A stretch of 64,000 nucleotides of DNA from Leptogorgia sarmentosa (lineage: Eukaryota). Numbering within the stretch: the stretch's first letter is position 1; each line of letters starts with the position of its first letter. The notes under the pieces were generated by a model that saw only the letters and a list, made by a program, of their open reading frames with translations, had not been told where the DNA came from and searched no databases. Shown one piece after another: positions 62,144 to 64,000 of the stretch. The DNA is taken from NCBI GenBank assembly GCA_964658305.1, contig OZ210885.1, forward strand, positions 18,042,001 to 18,106,000, given 5' to 3'. The translations under genes were made by a program, and so were the position numbers.

Positions 62144-62922
62144 ACGTTGTTATAGAACGCATTTCCGTTAGAGACGTTTGGACCTTTTGCAGCTACATGG
62201 CAAGAAGTTCTTTGAAAGGCTGTCCTGTAGAATGTTAACATTTCTTGTGTTTCGACGTTTTGTTCCTGTAAAAATAAAGCATTGATTTCATAACCATGAA
62301 TTTATTCTATATAATTTAGCAAAAATGTGGTTTTCCCAAACCACCAAACCTACCGTGGTTATTACTCTGGTCTTGCTGCAGATTATCGGAACTGTTTAGT
62401 TCTTCTACAACTGAATTTGTCGTTTCTAAAATAATATTGTCTATTTAATAAAAAGGAACCTTATGTATATTTATTGCAAAAGGAACCTTATGTATCATTT
62501 AAACATATTTGATTTATCAAATACCCGAGACCTGAGTGCATTTAATAGTATAGAAATATATACAATGCATGCAACTAAATAGAGATTTCATTTAAACATA
62601 CCTGCATTCATAACTGTTATATCTTGCTGCAGATCAGGGATGTTAGCTTCTTTCACAACCGAATTTTCCGTTTCCAAACCTTATATATGGAAAGAAACAA
62701 AAATCAACATCATATAAACTCGGAAGAAATTGACTAAATATTATAACAAGTGAAATAACCAAGAAAACCCACCATCGATATTTATCACATCCTGCTGTTC
62801 ATAAATGGATGATCTTCCCATATCTGAAGCTGTCGATGTCTTATTGGTAACATTGCCTGTTAAAACAGAAAGAAAGTTGCTAGTGTAAATGGGCCTCATA
62901 CTTGAGAGTACCAATATAAATT

Positions 62923-63081
62923 AGCGAGGTTCAGATCCGACTTCCACTACCGCTACCATTAAGAGACCATAAACCAATCAGATTGTTCAAGTCTGTTCGG
63001 TTAACCAATCACATTTGTGATAGGTCACAGCGTATGGTTACAGTTACGGTAGCGGTGCGGTAGTGAAATCTGAACCTCTCT
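62923..63081. mobile_element. Short MITE with imperfect TIRs
   Basis: ag(c)gaggttcagat...actaccgc mirrored by gcggtagt...atctgaacctc(t)ct. Confidence 0.65.
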
Positions 63082-64000
63082 AATATATCATTGACTTACT
63101 ACACGTTTGTTGGTCTGTAACACTGCAGAAGGCAACTGAGCTTTTAATAGGTGCGTTATTTTTTGTTCGTTATTTTGGGACGATACTCACAACAAAGATT
63201 TCTTTGTTTTGTTGCTGTTGCAATACGATGGCAAAATTAGGTCTGCTATTTTTTTGCCAAATTTCATCATGGCAAAGGGAGGAGGTCAACCTTTTTAAGT
63301 ATCTAAAAAGGTAGATTGGGACAAATTAGCCAAACATATCTTGAAAGATTATGCAAAATACATACTTTGTTCACTTTAACATACTGTCCAGAAGTGTTGT
63401 AATACCTTTTTCGAGCAAAATGCTATCAATGTGAATGAGCCAAATGCTCGCTGATCTAAGGTGTAATTTTTCGAAGAAATTTCGTTTTGTAGACTTCTTG
63501 GCACGACATATATTCCTCATCAACTTCATAATTGCTGATCATGTCAAAACTGATATGCTGTGCACTCTTTCATTTTTTCTTCAACTTTTTTTGCACCTTT
63601 ATTAGAGCGATTCCTTGCAACTGTGGACTTAATCTTTCGAAAACAATCATCATCCATCGTGATTTTATTCTACAGTAAAGAAAGTGCTTGCTTCACATAA
63701 AAATATGCATGGCACTCCCCATGTTAATCCTGAGAATGATACATGTATTACCCTAATACACAGCAACATGTTGAGTACACAGGCTTCCAATTTTGATATA
63801 CTTTACTTACTTTGTTTCATTACATTCCCTGTTTGTTGTTATCAACGGAACCGTGTGTGGTTTCAAAGAAGACATCAACTTTGCACTTCCACACTAAAAC
63901 AAGTATGAATAAGTTAGACGTATTGGACAGACATCTAATATTCAGTGTAGTTCTGTTATTTCCGCAACTGCATACTTACTGCATTGTAGGAATTCGCCAC

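Noticed and set aside
63385..63900. Possible minus-strand coding remnant
   Set aside because: It has stops and no recognisable motif, and it lies at the window edge.
1017..63908. The many 60-150 aa ORFs in the six-frame track
   Set aside because: Most are antisense or alternate-frame shadows of TE genes, or chance ORFs in repeats, with no motifs.

Overview
AT-rich, intron-containing animal DNA, most likely from a marine invertebrate such as a cnidarian (inferred from the element families). The window is almost entirely nested transposable elements; I found no clear host housekeeping gene, rRNA, tRNA or CRISPR array. From left to right: a KDZ/Zisupton-like region (a 3-exon unknown gene, a Ulp1 protease pseudogene, and a spliced CxC/KDZ transposase interrupted by a foldback element); a Ginger-like MITE; an AcademH RecQ fragment abutting an alpha-kinase pseudogene; MADF and Academ remnants; a CRESS-like HUH-Rep/SF3 helicase fossil; Gypsy; a CR1/L2 LINE; a complete 4.5-kb IS3EU-type transposon (about 343-bp TIRs, 6-bp TSD) carrying an alpha-kinase cargo gene, inserted in a REL-type LINE; a DIRS fragment; an OB-fold pseudogene; a full-length PAT-like DIRS element with split direct repeats whose gag and recombinase ORFs seem to share a spliced leader exon; a PIF/Harbinger element expanded by nested hAT, Kolobok, inverted Penelope (with hammerhead ribozyme) and hAT-MITE insertions; and a decayed Dada-like DDE transposase. 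The best candidates for undescribed systems are (1) IS3EU transposons carrying alpha-kinases, with two divergent copies here, and (2) alternative splicing as the expression strategy of the PAT-like retroelement. All family assignments come from motif recognition by eye; no database searches were run.
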